DNA from: an uncultured Chloroflexia bacterium
GTDB taxonomy: Bacteria > Chloroflexota > Anaerolineae > Anaerolineales > Anaerolineaceae
Reading direction: 5' to 3'
Length of the DNA stretch: 64,000 nt
NCBI GenBank assembly: GCA_963827895.1
Contig: CAWHCY010000010.1
Location: 128,355 to 192,354 of the forward strand
In this document: piece by piece, positions 20,876 to 30,911 of the stretch
How positions within the stretch are numbered: the first letter of the stretch is position 1
Layout: each line of letters starts with the position of its first letter
The notes under the pieces: generated by a model
What the model saw: only the letters and a program-made list of their open reading frames with translations
Database searches by the model: none
Told to the model about the DNA's origin: nothing
Program-made: the position numbers and the translations under genes

Positions 20876-22429
20876 ATAGAAACTATGGTAAACATTTCGC
20901 AATACTTTTCTTTGCCGTCATGTTAACTACAATGGCATTTGCAGGATTATCTAATGTTCAAAGTTCAACCAGTCAGGGCAGAAGATCCTCCTACAGACAC
21001 GCCCACGCCAACAAACACTTTTACACCAACAGACACCCCTGTTCCCTCAGCAACGCCTGTACCTTTCGGCCGGCCTCTGGTGGTAATTGATGGGTACACA
21101 GGACCCGGAAAATCCATCGCACCGGGGAAAACCTTTGATGTAACCATCAACCTGAGCAATCATGGTCTCATTCAGGCGTCGAATGTAGTAATTTCATTTA
21201 CCTCCGGGGATTTTATCGCTCGCAGCACCGGGGGTGTTCAGGCGATTTCTTTTCTAAATTCCGGGCAGGCTTCGTCCATCAGCCAGCAATTGACTGCCTC
21301 CGATGCGGTACTGGGAAAAACAGTGGCTTACATGACAGTCACCATCAGTTACACCGACACTCTCGGTGCGGTTTTTACATCCGACACAAGCCTGGCGTTC
21401 AATATCAAGAATGTCGAAGCCACCAGTGCATCTGGAGGTTCTTACAGCCCCAGTGCCACGCCAACATCCAGCAAACGGCCTCAATTGGTTATTAGCAGTT
21501 ACCAGTCGGATCTTGACCCCCTTCAACCAGGGTCAAAATTCACATTATCCATCAATATAGGCAATGTCGGATCGACGAATGCCAAGAATATCACCATGGT
21601 CATGGGCGGCGGAAGCTCCAGTTCCGGTAGTGGAGATAGCGGGACTGCTGTCCCGGGTGGAGTATCAGGCTCATCCGGTGAGTTTACAAATTTTGCGCCT
21701 ATTGGCGCATCCAATGTACAGATGCTTGGCAATATTCCAGTATCTGAGTCCAGGGAAGCCATTCAAAAGCTAATTGTGAATGTCTCTACCAATCCAGGTA
21801 CGTATCCTGTCAAATTCTCCTTCGTCTATACGGATGAATCCGGAAAATCCTGGCAGGATGACCAGGTCATTACTCTACTCGTTTATAGGCTGCCAATATT
21901 GGACGTCAACTTTTACCGCCCTCCCGATATGTTTTCTGCAGGCATGCCGGGTGTGCTCCCGATCCAGGTGGTGAACCTCAGCCGGAACAGCACCATACTG
22001 GGCAGTATGAAAGTAACAACTACTGCCGGTGTGTTGACAAATGACACCATGCTGATCGGGCCGCTTGATGCCGGGGGATACTTCCCACTGGATGTCAACT
22101 TTACGCCCGATGCAGAAGGGAAAGCTGAGATCGTCGTCACCATTCAATATACAGATGATTTTAACAGCCCACGTGAAGTAACCAGTAAGTTCTTTGTAGA
22201 TGTCTCTCCGGCGGTGGATATGTCTGGTCCCGGGTTGGATGGATCGGGTGGCGGAGGTGGTGGCGGGGGAGGATTTGTTGAGCCCCAACCTGAAACCGCC
22301 TGGCAAAAAGTGGTTCGTTTCATCAAGGGACTATTCGGATTGGATAGCGGTGCACCTGTGCCCGTCAATCAAACCCAGCCTGAAATGCCGCCTGTGCAAG
22401 TCAATCCTGCCCCGATGAAGGGCGGTTAA
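20872..22429 (+). CDS. secreted protein with three CARDB/COG1361-like beta-sandwich repeats, frameshifted near 20950-20965
   Basis: The ATGA overlap with the ABC gene gives a signal peptide ([30 protein letters not shown]) in one frame. The PT-rich linker and three ~130-aa repeats are in the next frame. Gly9 run near the C-terminus. Confidence 0.6.
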
Positions 22430-22435
22430 CTCCTC

Positions 22436-23773
22436 ATGCGTTTTTTCGACCTACTCCAGCTAATCCTGGAAAACCTCAATCGCCGTAAAGGCCGGGTGTT
22501 GTTGACTGCCGTTGGTGTCACCATCGGAACTGCCGCTGTGGTGATCCTGGTCTCATTGGGTGTTGGTCTGCAGAAGAACTTCACCAGCCAGTTAGGTGGA
22601 ATCGGTTCACTGACCCAGGTCAGCGTTTATCCCAATTATGGTGAGGGTGGTCCTGGAATGGTCTATGCCGCAGGTGGCGGTGGAGGTGGTGGTGGCGGCA
22701 AAGGAATGTCCTCGATCCAACTTATCACACCTCAGTCCCTAAAAGATTTTGGTAATATACCCGGCGTGACCGGGGTGATTCCCCGTGATTACTCCCAGGT
22801 CGGGATGATGATGAAATATGGCATGCTTGAATCTTATGCCAACGTGATCGGGATCGGTACCAATGACCTCTCCCAACTTGACCTGAAGCTACAAGCTGGA
22901 ACGCTGCTATTAGAGCCGGGCACAGCCATCATCGGTGCTCCGGTCGTCAATCAATTCTATAATCCTAAATTACGCCCGGGTCAGGATCCACCTCTCCCGC
23001 CTGACCTACTTGACCAATCTGTGCGCCTGGTTCTTAGCAAGTACACGAATGACGGTCTGGAGATAAAGAAAACAATCAATGTCCGTATTGTCGGGATCAT
23101 TAAAGAAAGCCGCAGTGAATCAGATTACAGCATGTATATACCGCTGGCTGACTTGAATACGATCAATGAATGGGGTATGGGCAGGCGCATCAATCGCACC
23201 AAGGATGGCTATCAAATGGCCATGGTCAACGTGAAGGATGTCAAATCGGTGCTTGACATCAGCAACCAGATCAAAGAACTGGGATACCAGGCTAACACTC
23301 CGCAGGAGTTCGTGCAGGGAATCAATTCCTTCTTCATCATTTTACAGTTTGTCTTCGGTGGGGTTGGAGCAGTTGCCCTTCTGGTCGCTGCCATCGGTAT
23401 CGCCAATACGATGGCGATGGCTATTTTGGAACGTACCAAAGAGATCGGCTTGATGAAAGCCGTCGGCGCTACCAACCGGGACGTCCTCAGCATTTTCCTG
23501 GGTGAAGCTGCCGGGATCGGTTTCATCGGTGGCCTGGGTGGCACCCTGCTGGGTTGGGGAGGAAGCCTGATCCTCAATATCCTCCTGATGGGTTATTTGA
23601 CCAGCCAGGCGGCTTCCACCGGCGGAACCATGCCCACTGGTGCCAGTTCCACTCCCATTTGGCTGCCGCTCTTCAGCTTGGCTTTTGCAACACTGGTCGG
23701 GCTGCTATCCGGTTTATACCCGGCCTTACGTGCCGCAACCCTTCTGCCGGTAACAGCGCTGAAGTACGAGTAA
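22436..23773 (+). CDS. ABC transporter permease, FtsX/MacB type
   Basis: N-terminal TM, large periplasmic domain, and C-terminal FtsX 3-TM module (ILERTKEIGLMKAVGATNRDVL). Gly8 run in the periplasmic domain. Confidence 0.88.
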   Translation: MRFFDLLQLILENLNRRKGRVLLTAVGVTIGTAAVVILVSLGVGLQKNFTSQLGGIGSLTQVSVYPNYGEGGPGMVYAAGGGGGGGGGKGMSSIQLITPQSLKDFGNIPGVTGVIPRDYSQVGMMMKYGMLESYANVIGIGTNDLSQLDLKLQAGTLLLEPGTAIIGAPVVNQFYNPKLRPGQDPPLPPDLLDQSVRLVLSKYTNDGLEIKKTINVRIVGIIKESRSESDYSMYIPLADLNTINEWGMGRRINRTKDGYQMAMVNVKDVKSVLDISNQIKELGYQANTPQEFVQGINSFFIILQFVFGGVGAVALLVAAIGIANTMAMAILERTKEIGLMKAVGATNRDVLSIFLGEAAGIGFIGGLGGTLLGWGGSLILNILLMGYLTSQAASTGGTMPTGASSTPIWLPLFSLAFATLVGLLSGLYPALRAATLLPVTALKYE

Positions 23774-23805
23774 AAAAGAGAATTGAAAAGGGGGCAGAAA
23801 TTAAC

Positions 23806-25365
23806 TTACTTGCTCGTCGGCAGCTTCAACATAATAGGTCCTGTTACCCCCAGCAATTCTGCCAGAGCAGACTTCATGGCCGTTCGGTCGTCCCAGGGGT
23901 ATTCAGTCTCCCCGAAGCACATGGATTGCTCATGTCCTTTGCCGCAGGAAATCACCAGGTCTCCCGGTTGTGCCATTCGAACTGCTGTTCTGATTGCCTC
24001 TCCCCTGTCCGGAACCCGGAAGAAGGTCTTACCTTCAATTGCCCCATGTGATTCCGCACCTTTGGCCATCTCCGCCAGGATGCCTGCCAGTGATTCGGTA
24101 CGTGGATCTTCCGCGGTCAGTATGCTGATATCCGCCAGATCTGCTGAGGTTTCAGCCATCATGCGCCGTTTCTCGCGGTCGCGCAACCCGGCTGAACCAA
24201 ACACGGCTATCACCTTTCCCTTTGTCAGTGTCCGGGCGGTTTCAAGTGCCTGCTTCAATGCATTCGGTGTATGGGCAAAATCCACGATGGCGGTAAAATC
24301 CTGTCCCAGGTTGATCAACTGCATCCGGCCGGGAATACCCGGTAGGTTGGCAATGCCCGATTGGACAGCCTGGATGGGAATATTTAAGCCGCCAGCGGTT
24401 GCTGTGATGGCTGCAAGGCAATTGGCGATATTATATTCACCTACCAGGGTGGATTCCACGAGAAAATCACCATGAGCTGAATGAACTTCAAATTTCGTAC
24501 CAGAAGGCAAGGTGGAATATTCATTTGTGAAAAAATCTGCCTTCTGTTTGGTACTGTAGGTGAGTTTTTGTGGCGGTGAGATCGAATTCAAATATTCAAA
24601 CGAGCTGTCATCGCGGTTCAAGACTGCAGTCCGGGGATTGCCGGATTGTTTCTCGACGGTATCCAATAAGCTTGTGAACAGCCTGCCCTTGGCCGCTCGA
24701 TATGCCTCATAGGTGCCATGATAATCCAGGTGTTCATGGGTAATATTCGTTACCACACCGATATCGAACTCACAGCCGGTGACACGTTCCTGACTCAAAC
24801 CATGCGATGTGGCTTCCAGTACAACATGGGTTAATCCGGCTGCGACCATCCGGGAGAGATAACGCTGCACATCCGGGGCTTCCGGAGTGGTCACATGAAA
24901 TCCCGTATCCAATTCTTCGTTATTGATGATCGCGTTCACGGTGGAGATGATCCCTGCCCGATAACCGGCTGCTAACAGGATCTGGTAGATCAGGTTGGAG
25001 GTGGTTGTTTTCCCGTCCGTTCCGGTTACCCCGATCACGCATAAACACCGTGCGGGGAAACCGTAAAATGCTGCTGAGATTAAAGCCAGCGTATGGCGTG
25101 TATCCGCTACCTGGATATATGGCACATCCAACTGTAAACCTGGTTGGGAGCCAAAAACCGCTGCTGCACCATTCTGAATGGCTGTTTGGATATATTTATG
25201 CCCATCGGTTGAAGTTCCGACCAATGCCACAAAACAATTCCCTGTTTCCACCTTGCGCGAATCGATGGCGATCCCAGATATGGGAATGTTAAGATTGCCA
25301 GTGGTCTGAATTACATTAATTTCTTCCAGAAGCTGTGCTAATGTCTGTTTTAAAAATCCTGTCAT
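23806..25365 (-). CDS. murE: UDP-N-acetylmuramoyl-L-alanyl-D-glutamate--2,6-diaminopimelate ligase
   Basis: IDSRKV, GVTGTDGKTTT P-loop, and the LTAEDPRTE (DNPR-type) motif. Confidence 0.92.
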   Translation of the reverse strand: MTGFLKQTLAQLLEEINVIQTTGNLNIPISGIAIDSRKVETGNCFVALVGTSTDGHKYIQTAIQNGAAAVFGSQPGLQLDVPYIQVADTRHTLALISAAFYGFPARCLCVIGVTGTDGKTTTSNLIYQILLAAGYRAGIISTVNAIINNEELDTGFHVTTPEAPDVQRYLSRMVAAGLTHVVLEATSHGLSQERVTGCEFDIGVVTNITHEHLDYHGTYEAYRAAKGRLFTSLLDTVEKQSGNPRTAVLNRDDSSFEYLNSISPPQKLTYSTKQKADFFTNEYSTLPSGTKFEVHSAHGDFLVESTLVGEYNIANCLAAITATAGGLNIPIQAVQSGIANLPGIPGRMQLINLGQDFTAIVDFAHTPNALKQALETARTLTKGKVIAVFGSAGLRDREKRRMMAETSADLADISILTAEDPRTESLAGILAEMAKGAESHGAIEGKTFFRVPDRGEAIRTAVRMAQPGDLVISCGKGHEQSMCFGETEYPWDDRTAMKSALAELLGVTGPIMLKLPTSK

Positions 25366-25402
25366 TTGCTCACCTACCGCTATTATACCGACTTTTGGAA
25401 GT

Positions 25403-25556
25403 GTGAGGGATTATTCAGTGAGTTGAAAAGTGATTAGTGATTAGTGATTTGTGAGTAGTGATTATTGATTAGTGATTAGTGGTTGGTGTCTATGTCAAAG
25501 CCGTTTCCTTTTTTTTCGACTAATCAACTCATCAACCGATCAACTGATTGACTAAA
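25403..25556. repeat. tandem heptanucleotide (GTGATTA)n array with an imperfectly complementary right arm
   Basis: 25430-25492 holds nine consecutive 7-mers: gtgatta gtgatta gtgattt gtgagta gtgatta ttgatta gtgatta gtggttg gtgtcta. 25519-25556 holds taatcaa ctcatca accgatc aactgat. Confidence 0.85.
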
Positions 25557-25562
25557 CACTTT

Positions 25563-25596
25563 AAACAAAAGAGCCTTAGCGTTATAGCGCACTAAG
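25563..25596 (-). terminator. probable terminator of the atp Fo cluster
   Basis: On the minus strand: CTTAGtGCG-ctataa-CGCTAAG followed by GCTCTTTTGTTT, about 25 nt after the stop. Confidence 0.45.
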
Positions 25597-25621
25597 ACCC
25601 TTTATCAATGTCGGAATTATT

Positions 25622-26359
25622 TCAGGCAATATTCTGGCGAAGGCTGTCGAGTTTGCCCAAAACAGAACCATCGATCAATTTATCGCCCACTTTGATCACC
25701 AAGCCGCCCAGAATGGATGGATCCACATGGTAATCCACTTTGACCTCTTTACCGGTCTTAGCAAAAACATCTTTTTGCAAAATTGCTTTTTCTTCCGGGG
25801 TGAGGGGCAAAGCGCTGGTAACCACTGCATCGGCTGCTTCGAGCTTCACATCATCCAATAAGGTCAGTTTACCGGCTTTTACACCAGAGAAGAATTCAGC
25901 CAGTAAGGCACGCTGTCGTTTTTCATCCAGGGAATCGCCCACCAATTTTTGTGCAGCAGCTATCGCCAGGGCAGCAACCTGGCTGCGAAGTTCTCCCAGC
26001 ATCTTGTCGCGATCCTGTACAGCTTCTGCCATCGCGACTTCTTTTGCCTTTGCAATCTCTTCATCAGCTTTTTGTTTCAGGTCCTTGATGGTTGTTTCGG
26101 TTCTGCTGGAAGCGTCACGAATGATCGCGCCTGCCTGTGTCTGTGCGTCCGCGATGATCTTTGCCGCTTGAGTCTCGGCATTCGCTCTGGCAGCAGAAGC
26201 TACCCGGGCATCTTCCAGCCCTTTGGCAATAGCCTGGCGGCGTTTATCCAGCATATTGGTGATAGGTTTATAAACCCAGGCTCGTAAAACAATAAATAAA
26301 ATCGCAAAGTTTGCGATCTGGATGATCAAATAACCAAGATTTAATCCAAGCTTATCCAA
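25622..26359 (-). CDS. atpF: ATP synthase Fo subunit b fused to a delta (OSCP) C-terminal domain
   Basis: N-terminal TM plus a long A/K/E coiled coil (b). The C-terminal ~90 aa (VVTSALPLTPEEKAILQKDV...VDPSILGGLVIKVGDKLIDGSVLGKLDSLRQ) match the delta C-terminal signature. Confidence 0.85.
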   Translation of the reverse strand: MDKLGLNLGYLIIQIANFAILFIVLRAWVYKPITNMLDKRRQAIAKGLEDARVASAARANAETQAAKIIADAQTQAGAIIRDASSRTETTIKDLKQKADEEIAKAKEVAMAEAVQDRDKMLGELRSQVAALAIAAAQKLVGDSLDEKRQRALLAEFFSGVKAGKLTLLDDVKLEAADAVVTSALPLTPEEKAILQKDVFAKTGKEVKVDYHVDPSILGGLVIKVGDKLIDGSVLGKLDSLRQNIA

Positions 26360-26380
26360 GGTATTCCTCCAGTCGAAAAA

Positions 26381-26617
26381 TTAAAGAACGAAGAGCATCA
26401 AGAAAGCAATGACCAGACAATAAATGGCGATTGCTTCAGAGAACGCAATACCAAGGATCATGTTCACAAGCAGATTACCATATGTATCTGGATTGCGAGC
26501 CATACCTTCCAAAGCACCCTGAACACTCAACCCGATACCAATGCCTGCACCTGCTGCACCGATCATGGCTAAACCTGCTCCGATAAATTTTGCTGCAAAA
26601 ACGATGTCACCTGTCAT
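26381..26617 (-). CDS. atpE: ATP synthase Fo subunit c
   Basis: 78-aa helical hairpin with EGMARNP loop and carboxylate in AFSEAIAIY. Confidence 0.93.
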   Translation of the reverse strand: MTGDIVFAAKFIGAGLAMIGAAGAGIGIGLSVQGALEGMARNPDTYGNLLVNMILGIAFSEAIAIYCLVIAFLMLFVL

Positions 26618-26662
26618 GATTTAGAACCTCCTCCACTGATGATGGATAATATCAAATTATAA

Positions 26663-27652
26663 TTACGCTTCAGCATGTTCTTCACTGCCATGGCCATGTG
26701 TGGCCATTGACATAAAGACCATGGTTAACATACCAAATACGACCGCCTGGATCAAACCGATAAAGAATTCAAATAACAATATCCCGGATTGGATCCACGA
26801 AGCTCCCGCCGGTAAAATTGATCCGACCAGGAATAACAAAACTGATCCCGCAAAAATATTTCCGAACAACCTGAACGAGAAAGAAAGCAATTTGGATAGT
26901 TCAGATATTAGTTCAAGGATGGAGATCAACAAGTCCATCAGGCCAAACGCTGGTTTCTTAAACAGGGTCGTAAAATTTAAGAACTTTGAGAGATAGGCTG
27001 GACCTTGAGCCCTTAATCCAATAACCTGGGTCATGACCACAGAAACGATTGCTAGGGCTACAGTGAAGTTCAGGTCAGTTGATGGCACTCTCACGAATGG
27101 AACAATATTGTAACCCTGTCCCTCCGCTACCGTTCCACCTTTTACTATGGCTGCTATTCCGCTGGTGATATCCCGTAAAAGATAACCATGGGCACTCGGT
27201 TCGATCTTTCCAATACTATCGACGCCTGGTATTAATTCCAACCAGTTGGAAATAAGAACCATTAAAGTAATCGTGGCAAAGTATGGAAAAATTGTCTTCG
27301 TCCACTTTCCTGCTGTTGATTCTGTCAGGTTATAAAGAGCTTCCATCAGTGCTTCAACTGCACCGGATATGCCTTTCGGTACCATTTCGCCGCTCTTTGT
27401 CGCTGAACGCACCATCAATGCCATTGCGATCAGGATAATATCGACGATCAAAACAGCGACCAAAGTATTTGTCGGTATAAATTCGCCAATAATTGGTAAT
27501 GTGAATAACGGGTGCTCAGTGAGCTTTTCCGGAGCTACCTGTATATGCGGACTGATAGCCGGGAAGAAGCTGGCTCCTACAATGGCAATAGCCATAAAAA
27601 GGAAGACAAACCAGCGGTTTACGCCCCAGCGCCATTTTCGCTTATTCTCCAA
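26663..27652 (-). CDS. atpB: ATP synthase Fo subunit a
   Basis: SFSFRLFGNIFAGSVLL (essential Arg motif). Multi-TM. Confidence 0.93.
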   Translation of the reverse strand: MENKRKWRWGVNRWFVFLFMAIAIVGASFFPAISPHIQVAPEKLTEHPLFTLPIIGEFIPTNTLVAVLIVDIILIAMALMVRSATKSGEMVPKGISGAVEALMEALYNLTESTAGKWTKTIFPYFATITLMVLISNWLELIPGVDSIGKIEPSAHGYLLRDITSGIAAIVKGGTVAEGQGYNIVPFVRVPSTDLNFTVALAIVSVVMTQVIGLRAQGPAYLSKFLNFTTLFKKPAFGLMDLLISILELISELSKLLSFSFRLFGNIFAGSVLLFLVGSILPAGASWIQSGILLFEFFIGLIQAVVFGMLTMVFMSMATHGHGSEEHAEA

Positions 27653-27938
27653 GGTTTTTTTCCTCCTGTTTCGTTTTCAGTGTTGTCTCAATTTTCATTT
27701 TCTTCATCGCCGCTCGCACAATAACGATCATCAGAACAAGGCTTACCGGTATGCTCACAAGGATCAACCCAATTGTAAACCATGGTTTGGTATTAAACTG
27801 ATGGTCTATATAAAGTCCAAGAAGAAGTGCCGCAATGATGATCACCAGGGTAACGCACCCGACCTGGCTGACAATTCCCACCAGCGTGAGATTAAGCAGC
27901 TTCTGCTTATTCGTTATCGGCTCTTTTTCAGAGTTCAT
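27642..27938 (-). CDS. AtpZ/AtpI-like small membrane protein
   Basis: Two TM helices, positioned immediately upstream of atpB. ATG at 27938. The longer track ORF overlaps the true nuoN C-terminus. Confidence 0.55.
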   Translation of the reverse strand: MNSEKEPITNKQKLLNLTLVGIVSQVGCVTLVIIIAALLLGLYIDHQFNTKPWFTIGLILVSIPVSLVLMIVIVRAAMKKMKIETTLKTKQEEKNLGE

Positions 27939-27970
27939 TAGTGTCTCATTATACCAAATCGGAGAAAACC

Positions 27971-29427
27971 TTAAAACATGCTTGCGACTGCCCCATAGGA
28001 TAAATAAAACCAGGGCGAGAATAATATACCGATCACTAATATTCCAATAACAGAGATGATGATCGCAGACCTTGGCTGATCCGGGAATGACCAGACGGTT
28101 CTTCATCGCCTTCACTTCGATTCAGGTAAACCACCTTTAGAACCACCAGGTAGTAGTAGAGAGCTATGATCGAATTTAATATACCGATGATTGCCAGCCA
28201 GACCATTTTCACCTGGATGGCTGAAGCAAACAGGATGATCTTTCCCAGGAAACCGGCAAATGGAGGTATTCCTCCCAGGGACAATAACGCTGCCAGTAAA
28301 CCCAGAGCCAAAGCAGGAGAACGCCTGGATAGACCGGCGTAGTCTTTGATCTCGTCCGATCCAATAGCTTTACCGACGATGGATACCACGCCGAAGGCTG
28401 TCAGGTTGGTCACAAGATAGGCGATCAGATAATAAACCACACCAATGATACCGATCGGGTGGACGGATGCTATACCGATCAAAATATACCCCGCCTGGGC
28501 AATGGAGGAGTATGCCAGCATACGCTTGATATTCTTCTGGTTCATTGCCTGGAGATTACCGAATGTCATGCTGGCTACTGCCAATGCAGCGATGATAATG
28601 CCCCAAATGGAAGCAACAAATGGAAATGCGATCAGCAATAAGCGGAGGAGGACGGCAAACCCGGCTGCCTTGGAAGCTGTGGATAGAAAACCGGCGACCG
28701 GGCTGGGAGCGCCTTCATAGACATCCGGAGCCCAAAAATGGAATGGTACTGCGGAGATCTTAAAACCTATCCCGATCAGGATCAGGATGACAACGACTAT
28801 CACAGGTACAAAACCTACCTGGTTGGAGGTTATCATATTACCGATCTGGTAGATCTGAGTGGTACCTGTAAAACCAAATAACAGACTGAAACCATACAGC
28901 ATCAGGGCAGAGGTCATTGCCCCATAAAGCAGGTATTTAAATCCTGCTTCAGCAGACTTGGCATCCTTTCTCAGGAAACTTGCAAGAATATACAATGGAA
29001 TGGATGTAGTTTCCACCGCCAGGAATAACATGATCAGGTCTGCTGAAGAAGCCATGAGCGTCATTCCAAGCACGGCGATGATCATGATCAGGTAAAATTC
29101 GCCTTTCTTCCCGGCTTCCTCATAATTCTTCATCAACAGCGAGGTGATCACCCCGCCAAACAGAAAGATCAAATCAAATGTAAAAGAAAGCCAATCGAAG
29201 CGCAGCATACCCCCGAAAACCAGTACCCCTTTTTGGGGAGGAATGGCAAAGATAAACATTGCAGCACCGATCAGGAGAAAACCAGCGCCAGCAATCCAGG
29301 CCAGGATTCGCCTTCGCTCTCCCCGCCAAAGGAGGTCCAGAACTAAAATAACAGCCCCTAACAGGATTAAACCGAGTTGTGGGATGATTACCCGGAGAAT
29401 TGATGGATCAAAGCTTCCTGCTGTCAC
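27971..29427 (-). CDS. nuoN: NADH-quinone oxidoreductase subunit N, frameshifted near 28095-28100
   Basis: Antiporter-like fold. After ...YLNRSEGDEEP, the plausible hydrophobic C-terminus VWSFPDQPRSAIIISVIGILVIGILFSPWFYLSYGAVASMF* is in another frame. Confidence 0.88.
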
Positions 29428-30900
29428 CTATACACCTCCAAGAAGCTGAAGTACATGCTGCACTCCAGACTGTACCATGCCACTCAATAACGATGGGAAT
29501 AAACCAATTCCAACCATAAATAATGCTAGGATTACGATGGATACTTTATCAAGGATCTTTACATCACTCAAGCCAGACTCGATCTCCACGGGGATATTCC
29601 CGAAGAAAACCCGGCTGACGACTCGTAAAATATATGCTGCAGTGATGATCACTCCTATGACCGCCACGATCGCAGCGATCGGTGATGCCTGCCAGAGCCC
29701 CATGAAGATCGGGAACTCGGCTGCAAAGCCGGAGAATCCCGGCATGCCCATGGAAACCAACCCGGCAATGATGAACCCGATGGCTGCAAACGGCATCACT
29801 TTCATCAAACCGCCCAATTTGGGAAGCTCACGGGTATGTGCCCTGTCATAGACCATTCCGACAACAGCAAAGAACATAGCTGTCATGACTCCGTGCGAGA
29901 ACATTTGCATGCCTGCACCAACCAACCCGTTTTTGTTCAGGCTGGCAAATCCCAGCAAAACAAGCCCCATATGGGAGACTGACGAAAAACCGATGACATA
30001 CTTGAAATCCGATTGGATCAAGGCAATGACTGCCCCATAGACTACGTTAATGACTGCCAGAACAATGATCAGCGGCGCCCAGTATCTGGCTCCATCCGGC
30101 AGCAGCATAATCCCTACCCGTAATGCGGCAAATGCACCCACTTTCATTTCAACACCGGCCAGCATCATGGAGATTGCAGTTGGTGCGGCAACATGACCAT
30201 CAGGTGCCCAGGAATGGAAGGGGAAAATACCCGCCAGAATCGCGAATCCAAAGAAAATGAACGGGAACCAGATCTGCTGAAATAAGGGTGTGAATTTGAC
30301 AGTTTCAAGTATGGTCAGGTCAAAGGTATATTGACCGGATTGCGTGTACACAGCCAATGCCCCGACCAAAGCAATCACCGAGCCGATGAATAAATAAAGC
30401 GTCAACTTCATGGCGCCGTATTCACGGGTCTTCGGCCAACCCCAGACAGTGATCATCAGGAACTTGGGGAACACTGCGATCTCAAAGAAGAAAAACAACA
30501 TGAAAAGGTCCATGGATGCGAAGACGCCAAATACGCTTCCGACCAGGATCAATAAAAAGCCAAAAAACTCCTTGGGACGTTCAGTCACGCTCCAGGAGAT
30601 CATCACACCGGTACATGCCACAATCCCGGTCAGCAATATCATCGGTGCAGAAATTCCATCCACGCCCACCAGGTAGGAAATTCCCAATTGAGGCAGCCAG
30701 TTCAGACGCTCGACGAATTGGTAACCTGCCACGTTGATCTGATAGGTAAAGTACACCGCCAACGAAAGCAGCATCGAGAGGGATGCCGCCGCCAGAGCGA
30801 GGATCTTGATCTCATTTACCCGCTCTTTGGGGAGCAAAAAAATGATCAAGCCGGCGATGATGGGTGTAAAAATAATGATCGATAGCACAGGTAACTGCAT
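29428..30900 (-). CDS. nuoM: NADH-quinone oxidoreductase subunit M (copy 2)
   Basis: 490-aa NuoM/ND4-type antiporter-like subunit (FPFHSWAPDGHVAAPTAISMMLAGV). Confidence 0.9.
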   Translation of the reverse strand: MQLPVLSIIIFTPIIAGLIIFLLPKERVNEIKILALAAASLSMLLSLAVYFTYQINVAGYQFVERLNWLPQLGISYLVGVDGISAPMILLTGIVACTGVMISWSVTERPKEFFGFLLILVGSVFGVFASMDLFMLFFFFEIAVFPKFLMITVWGWPKTREYGAMKLTLYLFIGSVIALVGALAVYTQSGQYTFDLTILETVKFTPLFQQIWFPFIFFGFAILAGIFPFHSWAPDGHVAAPTAISMMLAGVEMKVGAFAALRVGIMLLPDGARYWAPLIIVLAVINVVYGAVIALIQSDFKYVIGFSSVSHMGLVLLGFASLNKNGLVGAGMQMFSHGVMTAMFFAVVGMVYDRAHTRELPKLGGLMKVMPFAAIGFIIAGLVSMGMPGFSGFAAEFPIFMGLWQASPIAAIVAVIGVIITAAYILRVVSRVFFGNIPVEIESGLSDVKILDKVSIVILALFMVGIGLFPSLLSGMVQSGVQHVLQLLGGV

Positions 30901-30911
30901 CTGTCACTCCG

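Noticed and set aside
23783-24475. 230-aa plus-strand ORF (and 23554..24051)
   Set aside because: Antisense shadow within murE and the tail of the permease gene. Ser/Arg/Ala-rich with no motifs. murE on the opposite strand is full length with all ligase motifs.
25403-25556. Possible CRISPR array (also considered for 54810..55106)
   Set aside because: The 25.4-kb repeats have a 7-bp period with no spacers. The 54.8-kb repeats are 33-bp contiguous coding repeats inside rpmD. There are no cas genes in the window.
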